The notes beneath the pieces are model-generated. The model worked only from the letters and a program-made list of their open reading frames with translations. It was not told where the DNA came from and searched no databases. A stretch of DNA of 64,000 nt. Origin: an uncultured virus (IMG/VR IMGVR_UViG_3300021961_000027). Taxonomy: Duplodnaviria > Heunggongvirae > Uroviricota > Caudoviricetes. A program made the position numbers and the translations under genes. Numbering within the stretch: position 1 is the first letter of the stretch; each line of letters starts with the position of its first letter. The stretch is from IMG/VR virus record IMGVR_UViG_3300021961_000027; one strand, given 5' to 3'. Positions 1 through 9,361 of this stretch are shown piece after piece.

Positions 1-41
1 CTCCACGCCCTCCATTATAGGAAAGCATGGAGCAAATAAAT

Positions 42-242
42 TTATCTTTTTTCCACCACAACATAACTAACAGGGCTGCGACTTACCTTCCTCTTGAAAG
101 CTTCCGACTGCCTACTCTCAGCCACCAGTCCTAGATATGGATGCTCACTACCATAATACTCTATACTAGCAATCATACAATCTTTACCAAGATAGTAAAC
201 TATATCTCCCGGCCTTAGACTTTTAGCTTCTTCTAATGTCAT
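42..242 (-). CDS. hypothetical protein
   Basis: 66-aa ORF co-oriented with neighbouring - strand genes. Confidence 0.5.
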   Translation of the reverse strand: MTLEEAKSLRPGDIVYYLGKDCMIASIEYYGSEHPYLGLVAESRQSEAFKRKVSRSPVSYVVVEKR

Positions 243-352
243 TTATTGATCCAACTTTTGTTGTTCAAAATGATCCATAGTGAAAATGCCAATCCAAAAC
301 AAAACGCTCAATAAAAAAAGTAAGTTGCTTAACATAGTAGTTTCACTCCTCT

Positions 353-1069
353 TTATTCATGCTCACCATCATTAAAATCCTCGTCCTCATCTTCATCCTC
401 TTCGTCTTCGTCCTCTTCGTCATCATCAAAACCGCACATACAGTCATGTTCATCCTCGCCACACTCATCACATGTACATTCTTCTTCTTCTTCTTCTTCT
501 TCATCACAACAACAATCTTCACATCCACAACTTGAACAGCAGACGCAATCACGATAACCACATGTATCACAAGAGTCATCATCTACATCTGCATGACATT
601 CTATTTTTAGTTCATTATTTTTGACAACTGCAAAGAGATCAATACAACAGTTGTCCTCATCATCTTCCTCGTTAAAACTTTCAATATACTCATTCCAAAC
701 TTCTGGATCAAATGTCTTGATATAAGTCAATGCCCATGAATACGCCAGAATACGAGTAAATGGGGAATAACATTGTCTTCCATCTACAACGCCATCAAAT
801 TCGCCATCCCAGTCAGCTATGTCTTCAACTGGGGAGGTGCTGATATCAGTTTTTATGATTTCAAGTAAATCATTATCAGTAAAATATTTAACAAAAGACT
901 TTAACTTATCAATAAAACCACTTATAGGCAAGATGGAACCATTCTGGTTCCTTAATTCAAATACTAATTCAAGATTAGAAGTAGTAGGACGAATACAGAT
1001 ATGGAGCTTCGTGCCTTCTGGAAACGATTTCAAAATAGTAGGGAAAACATCTTCCGATGAGAATATCAT
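353..1069 (-). CDS. hypothetical protein with Cys-rich, highly acidic C-terminal tail
   Basis: 238-aa ORF, GGAGG SD upstream; C-terminus has CxxC/CC clusters in poly-D/E. Confidence 0.75.
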   Translation of the reverse strand: MIFSSEDVFPTILKSFPEGTKLHICIRPTTSNLELVFELRNQNGSILPISGFIDKLKSFVKYFTDNDLLEIIKTDISTSPVEDIADWDGEFDGVVDGRQCYSPFTRILAYSWALTYIKTFDPEVWNEYIESFNEEDDEDNCCIDLFAVVKNNELKIECHADVDDDSCDTCGYRDCVCCSSCGCEDCCCDEEEEEEEECTCDECGEDEHDCMCGFDDDEEDEDEEDEDEDEDFNDGEHE

Positions 1070-1094
1070 AGTATACCTCCATATATCAGTAGAT

Positions 1095-1167
1095 AGCTTC
1101 CGAAAGGAATCGAACCTTCAACATCAGCTTTACAAAAGCTGCGCTCTGCCAGTTGAGCTACGGAAGC
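1095..1167 (-). tRNA. tRNA-Thr(UGU)
   Basis: Reverse complement folds as a cloverleaf: GCTTCCG/CGGAAGC acceptor stem, anticodon arm CAGCT-TTTGTAA-AGCTG, GGTTCGATTCC T-arm; no encoded CCA. Confidence 0.92.
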
Positions 1168-1173
1168 ATAGAA

Positions 1174-1428
1174 CTATAGAGCTAAAAGCAAATGCTTAAT
1201 CTTTCCATTAATAGAAACTCTATACAGTCTATTATAGGGTGAAGGAAGTTTTTTTGTATTGTTATTAACAACTTCTGCCCATTCAATTGAATCAAAAATA
1301 TCATTCCACCAATCTAGGTTAGAACCATAAGGTGTGATCTCGCCAGTCTTACCAATTCGACAAAGAACACACTTGATGCAATTGTTTACATTATTATTAA
1401 GTTCTTCGTATACATCACAAACTAGCAT
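1174..1428 (-). CDS. hypothetical protein
   Basis: 84-aa ORF between the two tRNAs. Confidence 0.55.
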   Translation of the reverse strand: MLVCDVYEELNNNVNNCIKCVLCRIGKTGEITPYGSNLDWWNDIFDSIEWAEVVNNNTKKLPSPYNRLYRVSINGKIKHLLLAL

Positions 1429-1451
1429 GAGTAGTACCTTCCTAGTATTAA

Positions 1452-1525
1452 TGCCCCCGCAAGGATTTGAACCTTGGACATCCGCCTTAAAAGGGCGTTG
1501 CTCTACCGGACTGAGCTACAGGGGC
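1452..1525 (-). tRNA. tRNA-Lys(UUU)
   Basis: GCCCCTG/CGGGGGC acceptor stem, anticodon loop CTTTTAA, GGTTCAAATCC T-arm; no encoded CCA. Confidence 0.92.
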
Positions 1526-1562
1526 TGAATAAACAATAATAACAAATATTATTGTTTATTCA
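1526..1562. repeat. perfect 16-bp AT-rich inverted repeat abutting the tRNA-Lys 5' end
   Basis: TGAATAAACAATAATA-ACAAA-TATTATTGTTTATTCA. Confidence 0.85.
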
Positions 1563-1565
1563 AGA

Positions 1566-1769
1566 TTACAAAAAGAATCCGTTTCTTCTGGCCTTGCTCT
1601 TCATGGTTGCAGCACCGTTTGCCGTTCCTTCCTCTTCCACAGTCCTAACCAACTGAAGCAAGGAGTGAAGCTGCTCTTCAGTAGCCTTGTCAATCAATGG
1701 CTGCAAGTCCCTTAAAATAAATAAACCGCCACGAAGAGACAAAATCTTTTCCTCAAGCTGCCTTTTCAT
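1566..1769 (-). CDS. hypothetical protein
   Basis: Likely start MKRQLEEK overlapping the end of the upstream ORF. Confidence 0.55.
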   Translation of the reverse strand: MKRQLEEKILSLRGGLFILRDLQPLIDKATEEQLHSLLQLVRTVEEEGTANGAATMKSKARRNGFFL

Positions 1770-1998
1770 CTTCGCCCTCTGAATCTGGCCCAAAGACTTC
1801 CACCTCACTCAAGCCATTTTTCTCAACAGCTTGATCTTGAATCGCATCAATAATACTAATGATGCCATCCAACAGTTCATTGGTGCTGCCAGAAGCACAA
1901 GCCTTCTTGATAAGCTCATGCTTCTGTTCACGAAGAAGATCAAAGTCAATACTTAGATTGACGATGATATTGTCAGGCTTTTTGCTTTCTTCAGTCAT
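1753..1998 (-). CDS. hypothetical protein
   Basis: Start MTEESKK preceded by GAGGAGG SD and motif copy 1. Confidence 0.7.
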   Translation of the reverse strand: MTEESKKPDNIIVNLSIDFDLLREQKHELIKKACASGSTNELLDGIISIIDAIQDQAVEKNGLSEVEVFGPDSEGEDEKAA

Positions 1999-2015
1999 GT
2001 CGCCCTCCTCGTACA

Positions 2016-2041
2016 TAACAAACGCCAGATCGACTATCGCA
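2016..2041 (-). promoter_or_regulatory. 26-nt junction motif, copy 1
   Basis: TGCGATAGTCGATCTGGCGTTTGTTA. Confidence 0.8.
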
Positions 2042-2527
2042 TTAGTTCAGACGACTCTTGGCACTCTCAAATAAATTAACAAACCTACCTTGCCCACCAG
2101 ATGGCAGCCTCTTGAACTTACTAAGAGCCTTCTTACCCCTCACCTCAATGAACTCGGAAATGTATGTGTACTCCCCTTTAGAGTTTGCAAAAGTCGCAAC
2201 TATAATTTCCTTCCTTTCTGGATCTTCGCTAGGACGAGATAGATTCTTATTTCCACTCATCCATGCTTCAGATACAAAACAGAAGTTATTAACAGCACCC
2301 TTAACAATCATGTTCTTAATAAAACCAGCCAACTCATCCTTAGCATCATCATCTGGCAAAGGAACAATAGCCACACTCAAAGCTGCTTCTTCCCTATTAG
2401 GAGCATCATCTGGGATATAATCCGAAATAAACATCGATGGAATCTCTCCACCAAACTTGGCAAACATACCACAAACCTTCTCAAGTACAGCTTGCCTTTG
2501 AAACTCTTCACAGAAGTTAACAGTCAT
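2042..2527 (-). CDS. hypothetical protein
   Basis: Start MTVNF with AAGGAG SD; stop abuts motif copy 1. Confidence 0.75.
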   Translation of the reverse strand: MTVNFCEEFQRQAVLEKVCGMFAKFGGEIPSMFISDYIPDDAPNREEAALSVAIVPLPDDDAKDELAGFIKNMIVKGAVNNFCFVSEAWMSGNKNLSRPSEDPERKEIIVATFANSKGEYTYISEFIEVRGKKALSKFKRLPSGGQGRFVNLFESAKSRLN

Positions 2528-2562
2528 GATAGACTCCTTCACTAAGTTGATAAACTTAATAA

Positions 2563-2593
2563 ACAATCCCCGGTAGAATCTACCGGGGATTGT
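2563..2593 (-). terminator. intrinsic terminator-like hairpin after the VWA gene
   Basis: ACAATCCCCGGTAG-AAT-CTACCGGGGATTGT, perfect 14-bp stem. Confidence 0.7.
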
Positions 2594-2600
2594 CTTGATC

Positions 2601-4781
2601 TTAGAACTTGGAACTAGATTGAAGATACTTTCTCAATCTGCTAGTAAGGATTGGTAGAGTGCCAGCAATGTCATTGATAACGCAGAAGTTGCCTTCTCCG
2701 AATATCTCTTTGCCGGTTGCTTCGTTGAAGGCATTGAGAATGCCAACTCCGAATACCTTGATACCCTTGCCCCTCAAGAGTTTGATAACATGAGCCGTAT
2801 GTTGGTTAGAACTCATGTGGCCTTTGCCATGCGTAGGCTGACCATCAGTAATAACAAACATGAACTTGTTATCAAAGTCTCCATATTGGGTGATGACTTT
2901 ATCACCGATAGCACCAAGGTGGTATCCCATAGCGGTTCCACCTTCGGACACAGGAGCGATAAGAGCTTTACTCTTATCATACAACTTGTCCTTGTAAACC
3001 CAAGTGTTAATATCTCTTGTCTCAAAGCCATAGATTGAATGTTCTGTCTTACGCAAGAACTTCAATGCTTCAGAGAAAAGAACACAGAGTTTACCAGCTT
3101 CGCTGATCCTCTCACCACTCATAGAACCGGATTGATCCAGCACCAAGGTGATATGGTAGGACTTCTCTGTAATAACCTCCCTACGCTCAAAGATTCTTTC
3201 ACACTCACCAAAGTGAACTTTGTACAAAGCGTGTTCGTCAACTTCACCATCGGTAAGACCATGATTGAAAACATTGGGCATATTGTTATGGAATAACAAA
3301 CTGTCCTTGATACGACCGATATTCTTCTTGTTACACTTGACATACTCGTCATAAGAACGAATCTGCTCGGCATTAACAGGAGGAATCATCAACTTATAGT
3401 TCTCTGCCTCTAACAGTTCAGAATCAAGAACCTTCAAACTGTCAGGCAACTCTTTCAGACGCTCACGGAGCTTCTTGTTATGATCCAGAATGCTAGTAAC
3501 AATATCACCATCAATGTTTTGATAGTTGTTGTAGCTATTGTCACCAGTAAAGGATCGATCTTTAGGAGATGGAGTATTGTCTAGCTCAACTTTAGCATCT
3601 TCGCTAGGCTGATTGAGTTCCTCTCCATCGTCCTTGCCTTCTTCGCCAGTACCAGATTTAGACTTCTCATCACCTTCCGTTTCAGGCGTATCTGGCATTT
3701 TCAAACCAGAAGCATCAAACATCTGCTCAACTTCGACAACATCAAGATTGAGAATATCACGAACATTCTCGTAGATACGCTTTGCTTTCTCAAACCTCTC
3801 CGAAGCAGGGACAGTCATATCCATCTGCTCATTGAAGTCTTTGTCAGCAAGCAACATCTTCTTGACAAAGTCTTTTGGGAAGATTGTATAATCAATCTTC
3901 TCAGTAGCAAGACGATTATAGCAAAGAGTTTCAATCAGATCGTCCAGAAGAATCTTTGTACCCTTGAACTTCTCAAGAATATCCTTCTTCTTCTGTCCAA
4001 ACACTTGCATCTGGCTTGTGATATAACTCACAAACCCAGGCCACTTCACATAGACTTCCGAAGCAGCAGATGACTGAATATCAGTCATAAAGATATTACG
4101 GGCAGCCCACTCCTCACTAGCCTTGTATTGAGTGTTAGCTTTAGGATCAATGCCCTTCTTCATAAACGAGCAAAGCATAGCTTGCCCATTCAAACCATCA
4201 AGAGCTTGATAATAATTATCACCAGTCTTGACAGCATCATCATTAACAAGCATGATATTGGGAGACACATACAAAGTATTGCTCTCAAGATCGTTGTAAA
4301 CGCTGCCGTTAGAATACTTTACGGCAAGAACCTCTTCCTCACCAGTAGAACTGTTTGAGGTAAGATTGATAGTCTTGTTAAGCTCTTTCAAGGCTTCATG
4401 CAAAGTCTCTTGCACAACATACTTGTCTTCAGTCTTCTTGTAATCGGTGTAATAAGAATTACCCCAATAAGAAGAACTGCTACGCAAGTATTCAGAAGCA
4501 GACTTAACAGGCTTAACTGTCCAGCTATCAGTATAGCGACCATAGCCACCATAGCTACTGCCACTACGATACGAACCTTCCCAATAATTGTTTACATTAT
4601 ACTTGGGAAGGTGACGAGTATAGGGATGCTCATCCTCTCTAGGATCATAAGCACGACCCCCTTGCCTCTCAAGCTCACGCTCTAAAGCAAGATCATCAGA
4701 CTCATCAAGAGCATCAGCAAGACGCTCCATTTCCTCATTGTTGTCATCATCAAACAATTCACCTTGGCGTGGAGTAGACAT
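2601..4781 (-). CDS. VWA (MIDAS) domain protein, CobT/NorD-like partner of the AAA+ ATPase
   Basis: C-terminal LVLDQSGSM (DxSxS), GGT and VITDGQP motifs; acidic linker; adjacent to the AAA gene. Confidence 0.88.
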   Translation of the reverse strand: MSTPRQGELFDDDNNEEMERLADALDESDDLALERELERQGGRAYDPREDEHPYTRHLPKYNVNNYWEGSYRSGSSYGGYGRYTDSWTVKPVKSASEYLRSSSSYWGNSYYTDYKKTEDKYVVQETLHEALKELNKTINLTSNSSTGEEEVLAVKYSNGSVYNDLESNTLYVSPNIMLVNDDAVKTGDNYYQALDGLNGQAMLCSFMKKGIDPKANTQYKASEEWAARNIFMTDIQSSAASEVYVKWPGFVSYITSQMQVFGQKKKDILEKFKGTKILLDDLIETLCYNRLATEKIDYTIFPKDFVKKMLLADKDFNEQMDMTVPASERFEKAKRIYENVRDILNLDVVEVEQMFDASGLKMPDTPETEGDEKSKSGTGEEGKDDGEELNQPSEDAKVELDNTPSPKDRSFTGDNSYNNYQNIDGDIVTSILDHNKKLRERLKELPDSLKVLDSELLEAENYKLMIPPVNAEQIRSYDEYVKCNKKNIGRIKDSLLFHNNMPNVFNHGLTDGEVDEHALYKVHFGECERIFERREVITEKSYHITLVLDQSGSMSGERISEAGKLCVLFSEALKFLRKTEHSIYGFETRDINTWVYKDKLYDKSKALIAPVSEGGTAMGYHLGAIGDKVITQYGDFDNKFMFVITDGQPTHGKGHMSSNQHTAHVIKLLRGKGIKVFGVGILNAFNEATGKEIFGEGNFCVINDIAGTLPILTSRLRKYLQSSSKF

Positions 4782-4814
4782 TAGAACCTCCTAGCAGTTA
4801 GTTGTCGCCACACA

Positions 4815-4840
4815 TAACGAACGCCGATTTGATTATCGCA
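4815..4840 (-). promoter_or_regulatory. 26-nt junction motif, copy 2
   Basis: TGCGATAATCAAATCGGCGTTCGTTA. Confidence 0.8.
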
Positions 4841-4893
4841 CGCAGCTCTTAGGTACAATTATAGAGGCGGGAATAACTTATACCACTTATAAA

Positions 4894-4940
4894 ATGGGCG
4901 GGGGGAATCGAACCCCCCTAAACTTCCGTCAAGTGCCCAT
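4894..4940 (-). ncRNA. armless tRNA-like element (acceptor-like stem plus T-arm)
   Basis: ATGGGC-16 nt-GGGGGG-TTCGATT-CCCCCC-GCCCAT. Confidence 0.55.
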
Positions 4941-4962
4941 TGTTAATAACAATCGATTGTTA

Positions 4963-6051
4963 TTAGATGCTTCCAAACTTACCAACAAGAAGCTGTAGCA
5001 AGTTCTGACGCTCACTAGACTTGCCACCACTCGGGCTGAAGTGATTCAGCAAAGTAAAGTGCATAGTCTTCGCACCGCCAACCACGAAAGCAGCAGCAGC
5101 TTCTTCCAACATACGAGTCGAAATTGGCTTGCTGAAGCTATCAACACCATCCAAGTTCGCCTTCTTGCGAACTTGATCGGCAACCTCAACCAACCGCACA
5201 CAGTTGTCCAAGGCCAACCCAGTACGATTGTGAAGAACCTTTGCCTCTTCGTTGGTTGACAAGAACTTACACTCATGCACGATACCAGTACGATCAGCAA
5301 AAGCCTCGTCCAGCACCGAAGTACCAGTAAACTGGTTGCCCTCGTTCATCGCACACCAGAAGGTTACACCCTCTGCCACTTGCAATGTACGACCAGCTTC
5401 CTCAAGATAGCTCGCCCTACGATGGTCAAGCAGAGGATACAAAGTGTTAAGGGTATGCATCGGACAACGATTCGTTTCGTCCAGCACAATCACCGAATAT
5501 GGCGTTTCAAGCATCTTCACAAACAAAGATTCATGCCACACCAAGTTCTTGTCAGAGTCCAACTTGCGATAGCCGAACCAGTCACGAGGTTCACGCACAT
5601 TCGCACAGTTTACCAAGTGACAAGGCAAATTGTACTTGGCAGCATACTGAACCGCCAAACTGGTCTTACCACAACCAGCAGGGCCAACCAAACGGATATT
5701 GACATTCTTAACATGACTCATCTTGTTGATGAGATCAAAGAAACTAACACCATCATCACCAATCACATAGTGAGGATCAATCGATGGAATCATCTCATTT
5801 GTGTCAGAATCATACTTGTAATCAAGCTCATGGGCATGAGGAGCAGAAATGGTAGCCGTAGATACAGAAGGCTCGCTCCCATCATGCGTCTTTTTGAAAC
5901 GACACTTAATCGCATTAAAGTAAGCAGCATCAAAAGAAAACCCATTCGATGCATACTCAGGCATCGAAAACACTTCATTAAACCGAGCATTAGGATTAGC
6001 CTTCAAAACGCTCTCAACAAACAAAGTTGCTTCAGACTTGCGCCGACTCAT
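4963..6051 (-). CDS. MoxR/CobS/CbbQ-family AAA+ ATPase
   Basis: Walker A GPAGCGKT, Walker B IVLDETNR, AMN sensor, STR motif; likely start MSRRK after AGGAG. Confidence 0.9.
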   Translation of the reverse strand: MSRRKSEATLFVESVLKANPNARFNEVFSMPEYASNGFSFDAAYFNAIKCRFKKTHDGSEPSVSTATISAPHAHELDYKYDSDTNEMIPSIDPHYVIGDDGVSFFDLINKMSHVKNVNIRLVGPAGCGKTSLAVQYAAKYNLPCHLVNCANVREPRDWFGYRKLDSDKNLVWHESLFVKMLETPYSVIVLDETNRCPMHTLNTLYPLLDHRRASYLEEAGRTLQVAEGVTFWCAMNEGNQFTGTSVLDEAFADRTGIVHECKFLSTNEEAKVLHNRTGLALDNCVRLVEVADQVRKKANLDGVDSFSKPISTRMLEEAAAAFVVGGAKTMHFTLLNHFSPSGGKSSERQNLLQLLVGKFGSI

Positions 6052-6101
6052 AAATTTTTCTCCTAGTAAAAAAGAAACAAGCATCGCACAACCGACACCT
6101 G

Positions 6102-6127
6102 TAACAAACGCCGAATCGATTATCGCA
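6102..6127 (-). promoter_or_regulatory. 26-nt junction motif, copy 3
   Basis: TGCGATAATCGATTCGGCGTTTGTTA. Confidence 0.8.
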
Positions 6128-6135
6128 CTAACCGC

Positions 6136-6534
6136 TCAACTCACTCCCGCACGCCTCTGCTCCCTTATGTCAGATAACTTACGACCTAAATCATGATTCT
6201 GCATTATCAAACACTTGTAGATAGCAAAATCTAAATTCGTAGCCTCTAAAGCTAACTTCTCAGCAATGGCATCCATGCCCATCTCAATAGCATAAATCAA
6301 CTTGTTGTTAAGAGTTAGCTTAACATGATGAAATGCATACTTCATCATGTCCAAATCATTCTTTACCTTACTAATAGTAAACAACTCCTCCGCTAATGTA
6401 TTATCACAATTGAAGATATACTGAGTTATCTTCTTTCTATCTTCATGAGAGAACTTATCTGGATTGTGAACAACATTATGAAGTGCTTTCTCAAACTCAT
6501 CATTCTTAAGCAATTCAAGAGTTTCATTTAACAT
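6136..6534 (-). CDS. hypothetical protein
   Basis: 132-aa ORF with GGAG SD. Confidence 0.7.
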   Translation of the reverse strand: MLNETLELLKNDEFEKALHNVVHNPDKFSHEDRKKITQYIFNCDNTLAEELFTISKVKNDLDMMKYAFHHVKLTLNNKLIYAIEMGMDAIAEKLALEATNLDFAIYKCLIMQNHDLGRKLSDIREQRRAGVS

Positions 6535-6548
6535 GGCTTGATCTCCAA

Positions 6549-6965
6549 CTATGAATCATCCTCGGAGTTATAACCTAAATCCTCAATAAAACAAATCTTA
6601 TCTTTTCTTAAATGAACGAATCCCAAATCTCTAAAGAACCTACGATTGTCATCATCATTAGACCAATTGTTATTAGTAGTAATCCTTTTCAAAATAAGAT
6701 TAGCACATTTCTTAATAAGGTTTATAGGATCAGTAGCAAGCAAATATGTACTTTGCCTTCCATACTTAACTTGCTGCCATTCCTTGCCAATTTTTTGCTC
6801 AACTATTAAAGTGATGATAGGCTGATCTGAATGATGATACTCGTCCTCATCATCACTATCAATAGCTGGACTATACTTGCCAGAATATCCATCACCATCA
6901 TAAAGTAAAGAAACACGCCAATTGCTGGTGCTAACAACAATTGGCGTGAATGTTACCTCTTTCAT
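6549..6965 (-). CDS. hypothetical protein
   Basis: 138-aa ORF, ATGA-coupled to the upstream gene. Confidence 0.7.
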   Translation of the reverse strand: MKEVTFTPIVVSTSNWRVSLLYDGDGYSGKYSPAIDSDDEDEYHHSDQPIITLIVEQKIGKEWQQVKYGRQSTYLLATDPINLIKKCANLILKRITTNNNWSNDDDNRRFFRDLGFVHLRKDKICFIEDLGYNSEDDS

Positions 6966-8215
6966 ACCTTAACCTTTTTGTTAATCTTGCTTTCTTGATA
7001 AGCATATAACAATGGCACTTCCTTCAAGAAAGCAATAGCTGACGCTCTGCCCCTTGTGATATTGCCAGTTGTATCACTTGGATAAGAAAGCAAAAACTTT
7101 TCTGCGTGTTCCTTACTATTGTCCAAACGCTCCGTAAAACTACTATGAAACTTACGAGGCTTACCCTTCAACAATACTGGTATAGTACCTTCGACATACA
7201 TCGTAGGTTTTTCTATAGCATGACGCAATAGAGTGCTTACTCGATTATAAGACAACTCTACAATAAACTTATCCACAAAGTCTAATTTGCGATCATTAAT
7301 ACAAGCAATCAAGAATTTCTCGATTTCACTTTCAATATCAGAAAAATTATAAACCTTCATCTTTGCCAACAACTCATCACTAGCCATATTGATGATAGCC
7401 TTAGAAAGATCACAATAGCTGGAAAAAATGTGACGGAAATGAGACCAGTCTGCATCGATATTGATATACTGCACAAGTACATCCTTATCAATTAAACTAG
7501 GAGTGTTATCTTCAATATACTTTTCAGTATAGTTTCTTAAGTTCGACACTCCATTTGAATGTGCATTTTGTTTTCCACATTCATGCAACAGGAAATTAAT
7601 ACTCTGATAAAGATTCTTTATGGTTCCTAGAGACTGTTTACAAACATCTTGAATAGCTTTGTTATCAGAATTGAGAACCTTCACTAAGAACTTCTGCCTC
7701 TTCAGAATTACCGAACGCAAAACCTCAAGATTGCCATTTTCTGCAATCTTTGTTAACTTGTCTCCATTACTTCTGTCACATATGCTATCAATAATAGATT
7801 CATATGTATTTTGGTCATCTTCTCTAAGATCTGGCAATAAATCACTATCAAGAAGAAAATCAATAGTAATATCATCCTCGTCAAAATTTCTTCGGGAGTA
7901 ATGATAACGAGGATCGCTAGTATTAAAGAAACAAGTAAGGGTTTTGTTATCGTACATGGACTGAATCTTTTTCTTGAAATTTGCAGGATCAAGCAAAGAA
8001 GACAGTAATAGGATACGCTTGCTGATACTAGCATCAGATTCCGAACCATCTAATTGCTGTTCAACATAATTGATGAACTTGACCCTTTCAGATTTGGAAA
8101 AATAAGAATGGTCAGGATTGTCCAACATAATCTTTAGACAATCAGAAAATTCCCCCTCTGTCGCCCTCTCACTAAAATAATTACGAACGCTTGCAACTGT
8201 TTCTTGGATATTCAT
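6962..8215 (-). CDS. hypothetical protein
   Basis: 417-aa ORF, GGAGG SD, downstream of motif copy 4. Confidence 0.8.
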   Translation of the reverse strand: MNIQETVASVRNYFSERATEGEFSDCLKIMLDNPDHSYFSKSERVKFINYVEQQLDGSESDASISKRILLLSSLLDPANFKKKIQSMYDNKTLTCFFNTSDPRYHYSRRNFDEDDITIDFLLDSDLLPDLREDDQNTYESIIDSICDRSNGDKLTKIAENGNLEVLRSVILKRQKFLVKVLNSDNKAIQDVCKQSLGTIKNLYQSINFLLHECGKQNAHSNGVSNLRNYTEKYIEDNTPSLIDKDVLVQYINIDADWSHFRHIFSSYCDLSKAIINMASDELLAKMKVYNFSDIESEIEKFLIACINDRKLDFVDKFIVELSYNRVSTLLRHAIEKPTMYVEGTIPVLLKGKPRKFHSSFTERLDNSKEHAEKFLLSYPSDTTGNITRGRASAIAFLKEVPLLYAYQESKINKKVKV

Positions 8216-8236
8216 GGCTTGCCCTCCGCATGAACA

Positions 8237-8262
8237 TAACGAACGCCGACTTGACTATCGCA
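8237..8262 (-). promoter_or_regulatory. 26-nt junction motif, copy 4
   Basis: TGCGATAGTCAAGTCGGCGTTCGTTA. Confidence 0.8.
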
Positions 8263-8541
8263 CTAACTCTCCCGCTCGGCAAATATCCACTTCACAGTAT
8301 GACCAGAAGAACCATGATTCCATTTGCTACAATATCCAGACTTTGTAAATACATCACTGTAGATACGTACCTCCGTTATTGTGAAACACTCACTCTCAAT
8401 AAAACCATGAGTCTCCTCCCAATGGAAAGTAGGCTGCCTCCCAAATAAAAACGACTTGCCAATATGCCTGTCATAATAACAAGCCCTATCCTCCCTGCCA
8501 AAAAAATGATCGAAGAAATCAGCAGTATGCCTCTTCATCAT
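8263..8541 (-). CDS. small aromatic-rich hypothetical protein
   Basis: Likely start MMKRH; stop abuts motif copy 4. Confidence 0.5.
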   Translation of the reverse strand: MMKRHTADFFDHFFGREDRACYYDRHIGKSFLFGRQPTFHWEETHGFIESECFTITEVRIYSDVFTKSGYCSKWNHGSSGHTVKWIFAERES

Positions 8542-8761
8542 AAACCTCTCCCCAATACCATGCGGTAGAACCAAAGGACTGGTAGATATCACTAGCAAAT
8601 AAGTGTGATTTGACTAATCCACTAAAATTAAGACTATACTGCACCTCATGAAAAGAATCTTCCCATTCTGTAATTTCTGTACGTTTATACATTTCTGTAA
8701 TTTTACAACAACTAGCAAAAATTCTTGAAGCAGCTAAACAAGGCCTATTAGCGAAAAACAT
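8519..8761 (-). CDS. small aromatic-rich hypothetical protein
   Basis: 80-aa ORF with AAGGAG SD. Confidence 0.55.
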   Translation of the reverse strand: MFFANRPCLAASRIFASCCKITEMYKRTEITEWEDSFHEVQYSLNFSGLVKSHLFASDIYQSFGSTAWYWGEVYDEEAYC

Positions 8762-8770
8762 TAATACTCC

Positions 8771-9358
8771 TTATGTCTCATGAACAGGATTGTATTCAGA
8801 ATCCTTCATGTTAAATGTCCAAGCAACCGCTTCCCTACAAGTTTTCATAGTAGGGGGCACACAGAGATAATAATTCTTAAATGTACCATCTGGCTCTGCC
8901 GTACTATTAACAACCTTTAAATAAGATACAGGCTCATCAAACACACCATTAATACGGAACAACACCATTCCCTTCTCTTCATCCCTATGCACAACCTTCG
9001 TCTTCTTATGCGCTAATACCTTCTCCATCCCCAACGCCTTCATGCCTACATATCGCACTTCAGCATTCGGATGACCCAACACCTCCTCTACCGTTAATGA
9101 CTCTGGCTTCGTATAATAATGCGGTGGAATGCGAATGTTATCAAAGTAATAATGAATGGTGCCAAATATATCAGCATCAATACCATGCTTACGACCATTT
9201 TGGTAGTAGGTGATACGGGTTGGTGATATGAAGGCAGGTTCTCCATCGGCGTGGAGCCTACCTTCTTCATTTGTTTTGCGTTGGATTGGGCCGAAGGGGA
9301 AGTCCGTCTTCATGTAGTTGAGGCGAGCTTTCCATGCTGCAAAACGATCATTCTTCAT
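8771..9358 (-). CDS. DUF6745-like protein
   Basis: C-terminal VVNSTAEPDGTFKNYYLCVPP...CREAVAWTF pattern recalled as DUF6745-like. Confidence 0.7.
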   Translation of the reverse strand: MKNDRFAAWKARLNYMKTDFPFGPIQRKTNEEGRLHADGEPAFISPTRITYYQNGRKHGIDADIFGTIHYYFDNIRIPPHYYTKPESLTVEEVLGHPNAEVRYVGMKALGMEKVLAHKKTKVVHRDEEKGMVLFRINGVFDEPVSYLKVVNSTAEPDGTFKNYYLCVPPTMKTCREAVAWTFNMKDSEYNPVHET

Positions 9359-9361
9359 GAC

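Noticed and set aside
5275..6066. 263-aa + strand ORF and other antisense or alternate-frame ORFs in the track
   Set aside because: Shadow frames of well-supported genes such as the AAA+ ATPase, VWA protein and helicase; no SD or recognisable motifs
8237..8262. + strand reading of the motif (CGACTTGACTATCG) resembles the T7 promoter core CGACTCACTATAG
   Set aside because: It would point antisense to every adjacent gene, the match is partial and absent from several copies, and no single-subunit RNAP is seen
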